Source: Octopus sinensis (Eukaryota). From it: 64,000 bases of DNA. The notes below the pieces were generated by a model. The model saw nothing but the letters and a program-made list of their open reading frames with translations. It did not search any database and was not told the DNA's origin. How positions within the stretch are numbered: position 1 is the first letter of the stretch; each line of letters begins with the position of its first letter. The DNA lies in NCBI RefSeq assembly GCF_006345805.1, contig NW_021834204.1:1-64000 (forward strand), in the 5' to 3' direction. This document shows positions 1 through 12,844 of this stretch, piece after piece. A program made the position numbers and the translations under genes.

Positions 1-399
1 GAATGTCAGCCAACAGAATCTATAAGAATAATAATGACGACTGTTGCAACAACAAATACTACCACCATCACATTCAATGTCATTACTGCTACCACTACAA
101 TAAGAAACGCAAAAATCAGTTACTTCCTCCAGCAGCTTGTCTCTTCTTTAATTTTTAGTTGAATGAAATTTTTGGAGTTCACTCCCTTGGTCTTCTGAAA
201 ACAAATTTTCATTAACGCTAGCAACTATCATTTCTTTTTCTCTCAGTTGGGTTATTTAGATATCATTTTCGGGTCAGTTTCTGAAGCATGGTAGCCAACT
301 CCTAACTATATGATCTTCAAGCAGAAGGGAAATTTTCCAGTGCTCGGGAAATTTTCTAGTGCTAGCAATATTTTTGTAGCAATGTTCCAACTTCTCAAC

Positions 400-1420
400 A
401 AAGAAGCCAAGTTAAATGCTATAAACTCGTAAGATCAGAACGAAAGTGTTAATATAGAAATATTGGGATTATACGATAGCAGGAGAAAGATATAGAAAGA
501 AGTTATTCGTTTCTGGACTCCATGTTTGCTTGATATAACGAACATAGAATCAGAGACGTACGTTTCAGCCGTGACTATACTGTCTTTCTCTTTGCGACAT
601 GGTATGTTCAAGATTGCAATACTCAATGTGTTCTAATCTTTTTAAAGGTACGTAGAGTGTAAATTGATAGACATTGGTTGCTATTTCTTGGATACTGAAC
701 GTCCAAGTAAAGGTCTCACTCACTGACTCATTTGGAAAGATTTAGGAAAGACATACGAATATCTATTTGTTGTCTGATAATAATTGAAAAACTGCACTTC
801 ATTCTGAGGTCTCCTTATGTCTGTGAGATCATAGATCATGGAAAGTTCTTCTTCAATCACAAGCCAAGAAAGTATTATTTAATAGTAGATAAGCAGTTAT
901 GCATACATGCATGCCTCTCTTCTCCGTAACGTTAATGTTGTCCAAAAGCTTTGAACTTGTATGAGCACGTCTAGGCTGATTGTTGTTCGTTTTTGAAGAT
1001 CAACAAAACTTCACCCCTTATACGCCGTGGTAACGAAGAGTGCAACTGCGCAGGGGACTGGAAATTCATGACCGATTCCCTTCATGCTATACCATCCGTG
1101 CAATAAAACTACGAAAGTGTCGATATTTCATTATCACCGATACGCTTGATTCCACGATTGCCACAATGAAAAATTCACCATCTACTTGTGGGTTGAAAAA
1201 AATTCGAATCCTGGCTTATTCAGAACTAGGAGATTTACATCTACACACTTAAATCAACTGCAGGAAATATGGATCTTGTTGGTTACTCAGCGTTTACAAA
1301 AACACACCTGTGCAGATGAAAATATTCACAGTGGACGCAGAGTGCATTGAACTAACTCCACATTTTTGAAAATCCTTGTCTGGATAACAACGGCCACAAC
1401 CCTTGGCTGAAACCAGCCAA
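400..1420 (+). mobile_element. Highly degenerate RTE-clade LINE reverse-transcriptase remnant
   Basis: Broken frames give patches resembling RTE RT motifs: GAATCAGAG...TTCTCTTTGCGACA near 550-600 (like PESQCGFR..DMIFSLRQ) and HGKFFFNHKPRKYYLIVDKQLCIHA in ORF 732-929 (like DGKLFN..RELLYADD). Many stops and frameshifts; boundaries approximate. Confidence 0.3.
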
Positions 1421-1499
1421 AATCAAAGAAAATAGAAAGAATCGACAAAACCGGAAGACAAAACATTTTCGAGCGAATACTGAGGACTCTGATTTAACT

Positions 1500-2290
1500 T
1501 ACCGGTAATGAGGTATGTAATATGTCACAGGTATGATTTCAAACGGTATCCAGTAATGGGGCCCTGGTTCGAGAGTAACCGAGTTCTGAGGAATGCGGAA
1601 CCACCTCTTAGGCACTATTTTACTCAGAGCTACTCTGACTCAGAGTAGTAGCATCTGTCAAAGTCCAAGTTATGAGCTACACAGCAAGTCAGTCGGACAA
1701 ATAGAGCTCGTTAGCCAGGGTTGGATGGTGGGTGGGTAACCTAACCTTGATTCCAGACCTCCACAGCCTAGCGATCACACCCAGCCATAGGAAAGGCTTC
1801 GGGTGTTAACCCTGAGGAAAAGTCGTGTGTCGAGCCCTTGAAGTAGTTCGACGTAGTCTACAATCTCGTTCTGGCAACTTCTGTGATGGCAGTGATGCCA
1901 AATTGTAACCGCTGTGCTGTTCTTTTGGATCCGTCAGCGACGTTGAGAGGGAGAACACGCTGTAGGGGCAACATCCTGCCCTCTATATCATACTGCCCGG
2001 ACTTGAATCCCATCAAATACCCTATACTGGAGAGACAGAAGAGAACGTACCAGGATAGCCCACGAACGGGGCTTGTGTGGCAGGGATTGCCATTCGTGCA
2101 TCGGGCTGTTTAGCCACAGACAATGCTGTTCCACTGGGGGTGACAATTAAGACTTCATCCATGGTCGGTCATTACTGTCAGACGGAAGCCAAAGACGTAT
2201 TCGAAACAGGAAAAGTGCTGTGTAATTAAGAGGCTACCCACCAGAAATAACAGACTGGGCCGAGCCACATTCAAGTTCAATGGAAAGAAG
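1500..2290 (+). mobile_element. Probable RTE-like LINE 5' region (degenerate)
   Basis: GC-richer block with GGAAAGGCTTCGGGTGTTAACCCTGAGGAAAA and CTGGCAACTTCTGTGATGGCAGTGATGCCAAATTGTA, which I recognise from memory as RTE-type 5' leader sequence. No intact ORF. Confidence 0.35.
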
Positions 2291-2329
2291 CTCTTGATAA
2301 TCTCTCCCTCACTCCGTCCCTCTGTCCTC

Positions 2330-2387
2330 TATTTTTCTGTCTCTTTGTGTCTGCCTGTCTGTCTGTCTGTCTCTATCTATCTATCTA

Positions 2388-2420
<33 letters not shown>

Positions 2421-2423
2421 ATA

Positions 2424-2458
<35 letters not shown>

Positions 2459-2515
2459 TCTTATCTATCTGTCTGTCGTCTGTCTGTCTGTCTGCTATCT
2501 GTCAGTCTGTCTTCT

Positions 2516-2549
<34 letters not shown>

Positions 2550-2593
2550 ATCTATCTATCTGTCTATCTATCTGTCTATCTATCTATCTATTA

Positions 2594-2639
<46 letters not shown>

Positions 2640-2861
2640 GTCTGTCTGTGTCTGTCTGTCTGTCTGCTATTCTATCTATCTATCTATCTATCTGTCAGAC
2701 CGATTCTGCCTGCCTATATATCTGTCTGTCTGTCTGTCTGTCTATCCATCTCCTACCTATCTATCTATCTATCTATCTATATATCTATCTATCTATCATC
2801 TATCTATCTGTCTATCTGTCTGTCTGTCTGTCGTTGTCTGTCTGTCTGTCTGATCTATCTG

Positions 2862-2892
<31 letters not shown>

Positions 2893-3190
2893 GTCAGACC
2901 GAGTTCTGCCTGCCTATATATCTGTCTGTCTGTCTGTCTGTCTAAATGTCGACCTACATGCAAGTGTATGTATGTACGTACGCATGTTTGTATGTATGCA
3001 TGTACTTATCTATCTATTCTTTCTCTTCCTCTCTTACCCTTTCCCTCCATCTCTCTCCTTCCATCACTTTTCCTCCTCTCTCCCTCCGTCACTCCCTCCC
3101 CCTCCCTACACACACATACACGTATAGTATTTATATATTACACACACACACACACACACACGCGCACACACTTACACGCACGAGAGTATA
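2330..3190. repeat. Compound microsatellite (TCTA)n/(TCTG)n/(TATG)n/(CA)n
   Basis: Directly visible tetra- and dinucleotide runs; source of the IYLS-type ORFs. Confidence 0.97.
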
Positions 3191-3768
3191 TATATATATG
3201 TATATGTATACGATTCAAATGCATGGTGCCTAAATTATAAATTAAAACACACAAATTATGTGATATCGTGTATGAGCAAGAATATTATTTGATTTTGTTA
3301 GAATAATATTTACCTTTATTAAACACACACATTAGCAAATTCATTACTCATTTAGTTCTTTTATTCTCTTAATAGTATCACACTCTTTTGTCGTACATCT
3401 AAAACCTTGTCAATAACATTCTAATTCCACACAAATCTATCTGGAAACGTTAAGCAACATTAATGATTACGAAAATAATCATCATTAGCAGCTATTTTTT
3501 TTTTTTTTAGTTTTTCATTTGTTTAGGCGATAAGATTATTTCTGTAATTATGTCCCTTTACGAATATGTTGTCTGATGTATATTCTGTTGGGAGTGCAAT
3601 TAACAACAGGTGGCGCTTTATGCTACGCTAAATTTGATTGTGAAAGCATTCTCTGGCGAGGAAAATGAAAGCAACAGAAAACGTTTCAATGACAAATGGT
3701 TTGCTAAAATATAGTCGCAAATTAACAACAGCAGCAGCAGCAATAACATTAATGGTATTATAATCGCA

Positions 3769-3769
<1 letters not shown>

Positions 3770-3822
<53 letters not shown>

Positions 3823-3840
3823 GTGATGATGATGATGATG

Positions 3841-3901
<61 letters not shown>

Positions 3902-3918
3902 TGATGATGATGATGATG

Positions 3919-3979
<61 letters not shown>

Positions 3980-4075
3980 GATGATGATGATGATGTTGAT
4001 GATGTTGATGATGGTGATGCTGATGATGATGGTGATGATGATGATGACAATGATGATAATGATGACGACGATGAT
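3770..4075. repeat. Alternating (ATA)n/(ATG)n trinucleotide microsatellite
   Basis: Directly visible. Confidence 0.97.
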
Positions 4076-4179
4076 TACGATATCAGAAATATAAACTAAT
4101 AATATAAATGATTCAGTTCAATTAGACGTACATTTAAATTTCAGTGTAGCATGACTGGACGTGATTCTTTATGTTCAAA

Positions 4180-4199
4180 TGTAACACACACACACACAC

Positions 4200-4264
<65 letters not shown>

Positions 4265-4400
4265 GCACACATACACACACAAGCACACACGCATATACAA
4301 TAAACGCGTATAAACACAGGAACAAACCCGACATATGCACACAAACACACACATACAAACACACACACGCACACACATGCATACACATACTGTATCTACG
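4180..4400. repeat. (CA)n microsatellite with degenerate tail
   Basis: Directly visible. Confidence 0.95.
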
Positions 4401-5134
4401 TATGTGTGGTGTACGCTCACAGACAAGCACAATCTCAGATTTCCATCCTAATACATACACATACTCACCAAAAATATACATAAATATGAGCAAATACATT
4501 GTAGTTAAACGCTCATGATTAGTGTCCACACATCTAGACATAACATACGCAGACATCTATGCACATATATAGAAATCCAAGTATGAATACATAGATATAC
4601 CTACATATGAGCATACATACATGTATATATGCATATATTACGCTTTTAATTCTTTCATTCTGTTATTAGTATCAGACTATTTTGTCTTACATCTAAAACG
4701 TTGTCAGTAACTTTCTAACTTCACACAAATCCATGACAAGAAACACCAGTCTAAACAATGAAACCAGTTGGTTTCTGTCGCTTCAAATGTGTTCTGACAC
4801 CATCGGTGATGTTTTCTTGCGAAGTGGCGTAAACTCGATCGTGTTGGTAGTTGGTCATAATCTACACAGTGCAAAAAAAAAAAAATTAAACTAAAAAAAC
4901 TTGTCTGATCAACGAAGACTTTGTCTGTGGCACACTGTATCACATTCAAGCATTTTTCATCCCTCTGTGATGCCGTTTTTGCTCGGTGGTACACTTAATA
5001 GTGACTGTTGTCGTCAAATCTTGTATGGTCTAAATCCGCTTACACAAACCTCCTTAACGACCGATCCGAAATAAGCTAATGAAAGTGATTACATTACACT
5101 TGTTCTTTTGTCATTTATTAATTGGCATTTGTAT

Positions 5135-5162
5135 GTATACACACACGCACACACACACACAC

Positions 5163-5223
<61 letters not shown>

Positions 5224-5240
5224 AGTTGTATATATATATA
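5135..5240. repeat. (CA)n/(TA)n microsatellite
   Basis: Directly visible. Confidence 0.95.
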
Positions 5241-6059
5241 CACAATTTAAAAATAGGATAAAATCTTTATAAGAACTTAGAGGGAAAAACCTCATAAGTG
5301 AAAAAATCCACCATTTTTTTTCACTTAAATATATTTATTTATATTATTTAAAGGGCATTACAGATAACAATAAATGTTCGATGTGTTTATTTATTTTGGT
5401 AGTTTTGACTTAATGAGTCCCTCCTAGCGTGTGCATTTATGTATAGTAATGTCCTCTCTCTATATAATATCCCTTTATATTATCGCATATGTTCAGGTAT
5501 ATCTGTTTGAGCGCATTAATTTATTGGTACAGATGAGTAGAATGAGATGGAGAGAGAGAGGAGAGGTGGAGTGAAAAGTCTGGAGATAGTATAAATGAAT
5601 AAATGATTCTCACATTTGTTTTTTTCTTTCTCCAAATGCAGCTTTCATGTAATTCAGTTTTGTAATTGGCTGCAATAACGCATTGTAGTTTCTTCACCAC
5701 ATAAACCGATTCTAAAAGTAACTCCAGCAAAAGCTTATTAACTGCTCTAACACGATCACCACCAGCAACCGTCGCTGCCGCCGCACCACCACCACCACCA
5801 CCACCACTTCTGCTACTACTCGCACCAACACCTTATTCATATTATACCCTTCTTTTCTAATTCCAACCGTATCCTCTCTCCTCTTGGTCTTACTCTTTCT
5901 CTGCTCCATCAAGCAAAACTTGCTGTTGTCTGGATAATAAAGCTTCAAAAAAAAAAAAAAAAAAAGAACTACCATAAACTGAAGAAAGAAAGCAAGAAAG
6001 ATAGAAACCTTATTCTACTGAATCCTCATAGGAAATTGCAATATAAGCGTGTATAGTTG

Positions 6060-6503
6060 TGTGCATGCATGCATGTGTGTGTGTGTATATATATAAGCAT
6101 ATATATGCGTGTGGTGTGTGTGGTGTGTGTGTGTGTGTGTGTGTGTATGTGTCTGTGTGCCCTAGGGTGAGTGAGGAGATGGGTGCTGATGTAAATCGCT
6201 GTTATTATCTAGTATTCTTTTCTTCCCTTTTTTCTTATACATATGTATACTGTAATATATAATGCCTACATAAATACACACATACGTACACACATACATA
6301 CATAAATACATACACACATACATACATACATACATACATACATACATACACATACATACATAAATTTATACATACATACATACATGCATACACACACGCA
6401 TGGATACAAAACATATATATACAAACAAACACACACATACAGACATACATACATACAAACACACATACACACATATGTATGCATGTATATATATATATAT
6501 ATA

Positions 6504-6546
<43 letters not shown>

Positions 6547-6677
6547 TATATATAGGTGATAGATGAATAGACAGATAGGTAGATAGATAAAGAGATACAT
6601 ATGTGTAATATATATGTATATATGTATATATAGGTAGATAGATAAAGAGATACATATCTCTTCTCTCTCTCTCTCTA

Positions 6678-6730
<53 letters not shown>

Positions 6731-6800
6731 ATATAGGTTGATAGATAAATAGACAGATGGGTAGACAGATAAAGAGAGGGAGAGGATGGAGAGAAGGAGA
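6060..6800. repeat. Compound (TG)n/(TACA)n/(TA)n/(GATA)n microsatellite block
   Basis: Directly visible. Confidence 0.95.
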
Positions 6801-7029
6801 GGATAGGAGAGATATAGCAAATAATACAAGCACAAATATAATAAAGTCAGCGATACTTAACGAGCTGTGTAAGATTGAAGATGTTCAACAAGAAAGGAAT
6901 GCTGGAGTTGTTTGAGTGATTGAACATCATACAGGGATTAATGAAGTATATTTAATCTTTGCATATTTATTGATCACTTATTGGCGCATCATTAGACAAA
7001 TGAAGCACGCCAACGGTATGACTATTGTA

Positions 7030-7362
7030 TGTGTATATACGTGTGTGTATATTAGTACATACGTATGTATGTATATATAAATAATATATATATATATATG
7101 TATGTACGTATGTATGCATGTGTAGAAGCATACCTTTAGAAATATGTATATATATAAATATATATATATACATATATATGTATGTACATATGTATGTCTG
7201 TATTACGTATATGTGTGTTTTACTGAATACGTATGCACACATGCACAGAAACGAATGCACACGTGTATAAGACATACGCAGACGTGCATACATACACGCA
7301 TATATGCATAGACATACAGATATACGCATGGATACGCACATGCACACACACACGCACACACA

Positions 7363-7403
<41 letters not shown>

Positions 7404-7495
7404 TTATATATATATAATATATATTACATATATACATATATACATACATACATATATACATATACATACATACATATATACATACTACATACATG

Positions 7496-7550
<55 letters not shown>

Positions 7551-7572
7551 ACACACACACATATATATATAT
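7030..7572. repeat. Compound (TA)n/(TACA)n/(CA)n microsatellite block
   Basis: Directly visible. Confidence 0.93.
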
Positions 7573-7889
7573 GGCTCCGAACATTAATATGAGAGAAAAG
7601 AAGCACAATTGGAATAAAATCAAACGAAAAGAGCGAAATACAATACAAGATGGAGGAAATATCGTCGAGTGAAAAAAGAGCGCACTTTACCTTTTCGAAA
7701 TGAAATGCCACTAACGTGCGAGAGAAGGCATATTCAAAGCTAATAAACAGACACGGGCAACTAAGCATCCACAAAAGATTGCCAAAGTAGACGGTTGTAG
7801 CGCATAACCACATATACGCTAATGATAATTAATAAGCCTTTACACAATGTAATATAATATAATAATAGAATATATAATATACTATATAT

Positions 7890-8214
7890 GAAGGCGCATG
7901 GCTCAGTGGTTAGAGCGTCGGGCTCACAATCATGAGCTAGTGTGTTCGATTCCCGGACTGTGCTGTGAGTTGTTTTTGAGCAAGACTCTTTATTTGACGT
8001 TGCTTCAGTTCACTCAGCGACGTCACTGGCGCCAAGCTGTATCGGCCCTTGCCTTTTTCTTGGGTAACATCAGTGGAGAGGAGGCTGGTTTTCATGGGTG
8101 ACTGCTGGTCTTCAAAAAAAAAAAAAAACACTTTATCTGGACTCGTACCTCGGTAGGCAACTTTCTAGGTGCAATCTCATGGTCATTCATGACCGAAGGA
8201 GGCCTTTACCCCTT
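7890..8214 (+). mobile_element. tRNA-derived SINE (family E)
   Basis: Pol III A-box TGGCTCAGTGG and B-box GTTCGATTCCC. Body and tail (GGTCATTCATGACCGAAGG..TTTACCCCTT) match the reverse-complement copy at 11200-11535. Confidence 0.88.
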
Positions 8215-8226
8215 ATCCTAATGTAA

Positions 8227-8739
8227 TCTATATATATAAAACTGTAGTTGTGTGAGTATCTGTCCCCTTCGATTTAGATTCCTAACTACTCCCACATTTT
8301 GTGGTACAGTTTAACCAAATTCGGGTATCTTATAGTCGTGATTCATATCGAGCCCGTCTGGGTATTAGCGCGCGTCTACGATGAGTCTACGATTTTAAAA
8401 ATAATTTAACATAATTTTTTATTCCATTTTAATGCATAATTTTTCGTGTGTCGATGGCGGCGGAGTTGGTGTCCATGGTCACACTTGCACCTGTTTGCTT
8501 CTCCCCCTTCTTCCCTCCCTCGTGAAGCTGTGGGGAAGGGAGTGTAAGGAAATCAACGTCGTAAAGCGTTGTCAAGGAGACCAGCGTTCTTTTAGAACAA
8601 CGACTTCATGGCTTGAAGACACCAAAACAGAAATGGCTAAGAAAGCCCGAATTGGCATCTATAAGGGAAGTAACTCTCTAAAAATGCTTATATAGTTATT
8701 TCCCTTACAAACCCGAGCAACGCCGGGCGATACTGCTAG
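8227..8739 (+). mobile_element. Non-autonomous Helitron
   Basis: Starts A|TC and ends CTAG|T, with subterminal hairpin CCCGAGCAACGCCGGG (8712-8727). Both termini are shared with a second copy at 61752-62151. Confidence 0.9.
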
Positions 8740-8750
8740 TATAATATATA

Positions 8751-8950
8751 TTCTTTCTAGAATAAGCACAAGACTTGACATTTTGCGGGGACACGTTGAG
8801 ACAATTACATCAATCCCAGTGGTCATCTGGTACATCTGTTCTCGATCCAGAAACGACGAAAGGCGAAGGTCACCCAACAGAATTTGAACTCAGAACGTAA
8901 AACCGGAAAAAAATGCTGCCTGGTGCGATAACAATTCTTCCCGCTCACCT
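8751..8950 (-). mobile_element. Degenerate SINE family A copy
   Basis: Reverse complement matches the family A core (GAATTTGAACTCAGAACGTAA; GAAAGGCGAAGGTC) at reduced identity. Confidence 0.7.
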
Positions 8951-8964
8951 TCTATATCTTTTAT

Positions 8965-9170
8965 CTCCTACTTGTTTCGGTCATTAGACTACGGGCATGA
9001 TGGAGCACATTCTTGAGGGTCTAGTCGAACAAATCGACCTCAGTACATACGTTTTTTGTTTAAAGTCTGGTACTTATTCTACTGGTCACTTTTACCGCGC
9101 CGCTAAGTTACTGGAACGTTAAGAAACCAATACTTCAAGCGGTATTGGGTGTGTAACAAACACAGGCGCT
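8965..9170 (-). mobile_element. Degenerate SINE family B 3' part
   Basis: TACTTGTTTCGGTCATT..GAGCAC..GTCGAACAAATCGACC..GTACTTATTCTA matches the family B tail. Confidence 0.7.
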
Positions 9171-9330
9171 CATTCAAGCACACACACGCAACCGTACACA
9201 AATATATCTTTATATTTTCAATGTAGTCGTTAGTTATGGCCGGTCAGGAAGTTACCATTGGTTTCGCGTCTATTATTGCTCTTAACAATACAGGCGACAC
9301 AGCAGACCTGCTGGCCGGCAGCACACAACC

Positions 9331-9561
9331 TATTTCTTTATTACCCACAAGGGGCTAAACATAGAGGGGACAAACAAGGACAGACATAGGTATTAAGTCG
9401 ATTACATCGACCCCAGTGCGTAACTGGTACTTAATTTATCGATCCCGAAAGGATGAAAGGTAAAGTCAACCTCGGCGGAATTTGAACTCACAACGTAATG
9501 GCAGACGAAATACCGCTAGCATTTCGCCCGACGTGCTAACGTTTCTGCCAGCTCTCCGCCT
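9331..9561 (-). mobile_element. SINE family A monomer
   Basis: Reverse complement has head GGCGGAGAGCTGGCAGAAACGTTAGCACG, B-box-like GAGTTCAAATTCC, core CTTTCATCCTTTCGGGATCGAT and tail ending GTAATAAAGAAATA. Confidence 0.9.
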
Positions 9562-9779
9562 TACCCAACCGCTTTACTAATAGAGGTAAGAATATAGTCT
9601 TGATCAGCCAGGGCTGTGAAAAAACCTTTGAAATGAAATTCTTCGAAATGAAAATTCCTCCTGGGTGAGATGGAAGCCTAAGAAAGTAGTCTTGGCGCAT
9701 TTGGTTGGCATCACATGTATTTGATAACAGTTTAACTCAGCTCCACATTACTTAAGGTTTCATGGGAATACCTTATCAG

Positions 9780-10030
9780 ATGTTCCGAAAGCTTGGGTAG
9801 AATGTAAAAGAAATTTAGGCCTCCATTGGCCACTTCATGTCACATAGTTGCTTTGGGGTCGTAGCGACATCACTTATTTCAGCAGACCGGATGCTAGGCA
9901 TCACTTTGTCGACATTCTTCAGCATCCGATATATCCAGCAACATCAATTCCTTTCATAGGATTTTGCACGGAGTAGAGCAGAACTGTTGGCATCAATTAA
10001 TGATCATTCTGTAGTGTATGGTATTTATCG
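9780..10030 (-). mobile_element. Degenerate RTE-like LINE fragment (C-terminal to RT)
   Basis: Minus-strand patches PTVLLYS..KGID and WIYRMLKNV resemble the RTE motif ESVLLYG..LDGCYTRMLR..NV. Frames are broken. Confidence 0.35.
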
Positions 10031-10062
10031 ATAGAAATTACTCAGTTTGATGGCATCAGATT

Positions 10063-10096
<34 letters not shown>

Positions 10097-10139
10097 TCTC
10101 TCTCTCATACATGTATACGCAAATGTTTTTTTATTCATT

Positions 10140-10480
10140 ATTTCATATTGCAATACCCTCCCCACCAACCATTCACAATGATTTTCTGTGCTGATCGTGT
10201 GCCGGATCATGAAAATACGGTTACACTTTATCCCCTGCCACCAGGTCGGAAGAAAAAACGTTGTGTTCATCGGCTTCAAACACTTCCAGCAGATACGAGC
10301 AGTCTTTCAGTCTTTTCTCCTTTAAATCAGCTGTCAACTACTCAAATATTTTTACCGACGTTAGTAATGCATTGTGACTACGGTCAAGTTATTCAACAAT
10401 TTCTGGATTATGGCTCGTTTGCCGCGCGAAACAGTTCGTCCAATCGCTGGAGATTCATCTCAGTGACTTGAAATTAATAG
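10140..10480 (-). mobile_element. Degenerate Tc1/mariner transposase fragment
   Basis: Minus strand reads NVFSSDLVAGDKV*PYFHDP..QHRKSL*, resembling the mariner first catalytic Asp motif RIVTGDETWVYFYDP..KQQS. Confidence 0.45.
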
Positions 10481-10550
10481 CTTCCCATTGCGTGGTTTGT
10501 CTTCAATATGGCTGTACATAACTCATTTCAATGGTGTTATCTCCATAAGC

Positions 10551-10800
10551 GTGGAGGCGCGTGGCTTAGTGGTTAGGGTGTCAGCACCATGATCATAAGA
10601 TTGTATTTTCGATTCCTGGACCGGGCGACGCGTTGTTCTTGAGCAAAACACTTCATTTCACGTTGCTCCAGTCAACTCAGCTGGAAAAAAATGAGTTACG
10701 CTGCGATGGACTGGCGTCCCGTCCAGCTGGGGAACACATACGCCATAGGAACCGGGAAATCGGGTCCATGTGTCTGGCTAGGCTTTAAAAAGGGCGCATT
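10551..10800 (+). mobile_element. tRNA-derived SINE (family C) with V-domain-like core
   Basis: A-box TGGCTTAGTGG and B-box-like TTCGATTCC. Contains GCTGCGATGGACTGGCGTCCCGTCCAG, which resembles the conserved V-SINE central domain (from memory). Confidence 0.85.
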
Positions 10801-11166
10801 TATTTATTTTTTATATTTCTGCTGGGGTGGATACCTCACACTTCCTTCGACAGTACATTTCTTCCGTTTAGAACCCAGTATTTGGTTGCAAAGAAGACGA
10901 ATAAGAAGGCGAGTTACTATAGTCGGAAACTTTGCTAACATATTGAATTCGAACGATGTGTATCAGTTATTAAAATTGTTATGCTTTCTCTTGCATTAGT
11001 TTCAAGTAAACCCTCGCACCTGCGTGTGCGCATGTTTATGTATATCGTATGCCAGTGCATGTGTGTAAGTATATACGTATATTTATGTGCAGTTATGTAG
11101 CTGTGTGTTTATATGCAATTTTACTCGATGTGTATACATCGGTATATAATATATATTTTAAGTATG

Positions 11167-11198
<32 letters not shown>

Positions 11199-11199
11199 T

Positions 11200-11535
11200 A
11201 AAGGGGTAAAGACCCCCTTCGGTCATGAATGACCATGGGATTGCACCTAGAAAGTTACCCTCCTAGATACAAGTCAGGGCAAGGTTTTTTATGGAAGACC
11301 AGCAGTCGCCCATGCATACCAGCCTCCCCTCTCCACGCCACCAGTGTTATCCAAGACAAAGGTCGATACAGCTTGGCACCAGTGACGTCGCAACTCATTT
11401 CTACAGCTGAGTGAACTGGGCAACGTGAAATAAAGTGCCTTGCTCAATGACACAACACGCAGCCCGATCCGGGATTCGAGCTCACAACCTCACGATCGTA
11501 AGCTCGACGCTCTAACCACTGAGCCATGCGCCTTC
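11200..11535 (-). mobile_element. tRNA-derived SINE (family E)
   Basis: Reverse complement begins GAAGGCGCATGGCTCAGTGGTTAGAGCGTCG, the same head and tail as 7890-8214. Confidence 0.9.
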
Positions 11536-11559
11536 ACTGAGCCATACACTGAGCCATAC

Positions 11560-11573
11560 ACACACACACACAC

Positions 11574-11626
<53 letters not shown>

Positions 11627-11779
11627 TATATCTGTGTGTATACATTATGCATGCAAACACACCCACACACACACACATATATATATATATGTGTTGTGTG
11701 TGTGTGTATATATCTATGTGTGTAGAAATCTTATAGAGATAACACCACACACACACACATATATATGTGTGTATGTGTG

Positions 11780-11814
<35 letters not shown>

Positions 11815-11850
11815 GTGTATGTGTGTGTGTATGTGTGTGTGTATATATGT
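11560..11850. repeat. (CA)n/(TA)n/(TG)n microsatellites
   Basis: Directly visible. Confidence 0.93.
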
Positions 11851-12844
11851 GTGTGTTAAGAGTTACGGAATGGATTAGGAAAAATCCGGGCTACATATGT
11901 TTCATAGCGAGTGGATCCTCAGAAGTGCTAAAATCTAAGTGAGGTGTATACCACCGGCTACTCTTCAGGCCAATATTTTTTTCGCACACTCGGCAACTGT
12001 GGTCAGTTACCGTGGAATATAAAAATAACTTTTTCTGCTCATCGTCCTCCGGTAAAGAAAAATAATCCGCAACCTTCCGTCACAATACACCTCAATTGTT
12101 CCTGAATGTTTTTTTTATATATTTACTAAGGATTGATCGAAGTTAACTTTCTTCCTATACCTCAATCCCTGGATCTTACACGCGTGCACACACAAATATA
12201 TTTATGGGGGCTGCCAGATTCGAACAGTCCCAAGTGTAACTTGAATGATGAGAGGAGGCCGTGAATGACCCGTCCTTGTTTTTCCCTGTCCATCATTTTA
12301 TTGTTTTTCCTGTCCGTCTTCGCATCGTCTATCTGTCCGGATGTTTTATTGTCAACTGTTGAGTTCTTGTTCTATTTTTTGAATTTATATATACATATCA
12401 CGGCGTACGTACACTTTTGCTCACCTTGTAAGTAAGTATGTATCTAAATTTTGTACTACTCTTTTACACTTTCTTTCAATCCCCTCATATTTCCTTCTTT
12501 CTTTCCTCTTATTTTCTCGCCCCCCCCCTTTTACATTTCTTGGCTTTCTCTTTCTTTAATTCCTACTTTTCCTTTTCGTTTATTTCCCTTGTACCTTCCT
12601 CTATGTCCCTTTGATTTCCTCTCTTTCGCATTCTTCCCCTAATCCTTCAATCCCTCTTCTCCTACCTCTCTTTTCCTTCCACGTCATCGGTGTTTGGCCA
12701 GGTATGATCTTTCTTTCTTGGCTCGACTGCCTGCCGCGAAGCATCTCTTATATTCCTGTCTCTTGACTTTCATCTCTTATGTTCATCTCCTATGTTCCTG
12801 CCTCAAGGCTTTCACTCTACACACGCCAGATCAACTGGATTCGT

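Noticed and set aside
2294-3240. Long ORFs such as 2294-3127 (277 aa) and similar [16 protein letters not shown] ORFs throughout the window
   Set aside because: They are translations of microsatellites that lack stop codons in some frames; there is no protein-like complexity.
4704-4994. 96-aa minus-strand ORF with ordinary composition
   Set aside because: No recognisable motif, it crosses a poly-T run, and there is no convincing splice context.
7890-7965. tRNA genes at SINE heads (also 10551, 11460-11535, 47800-47871)
   Set aside because: A and B boxes are present, but they continue into SINE bodies and do not form full cloverleaves.
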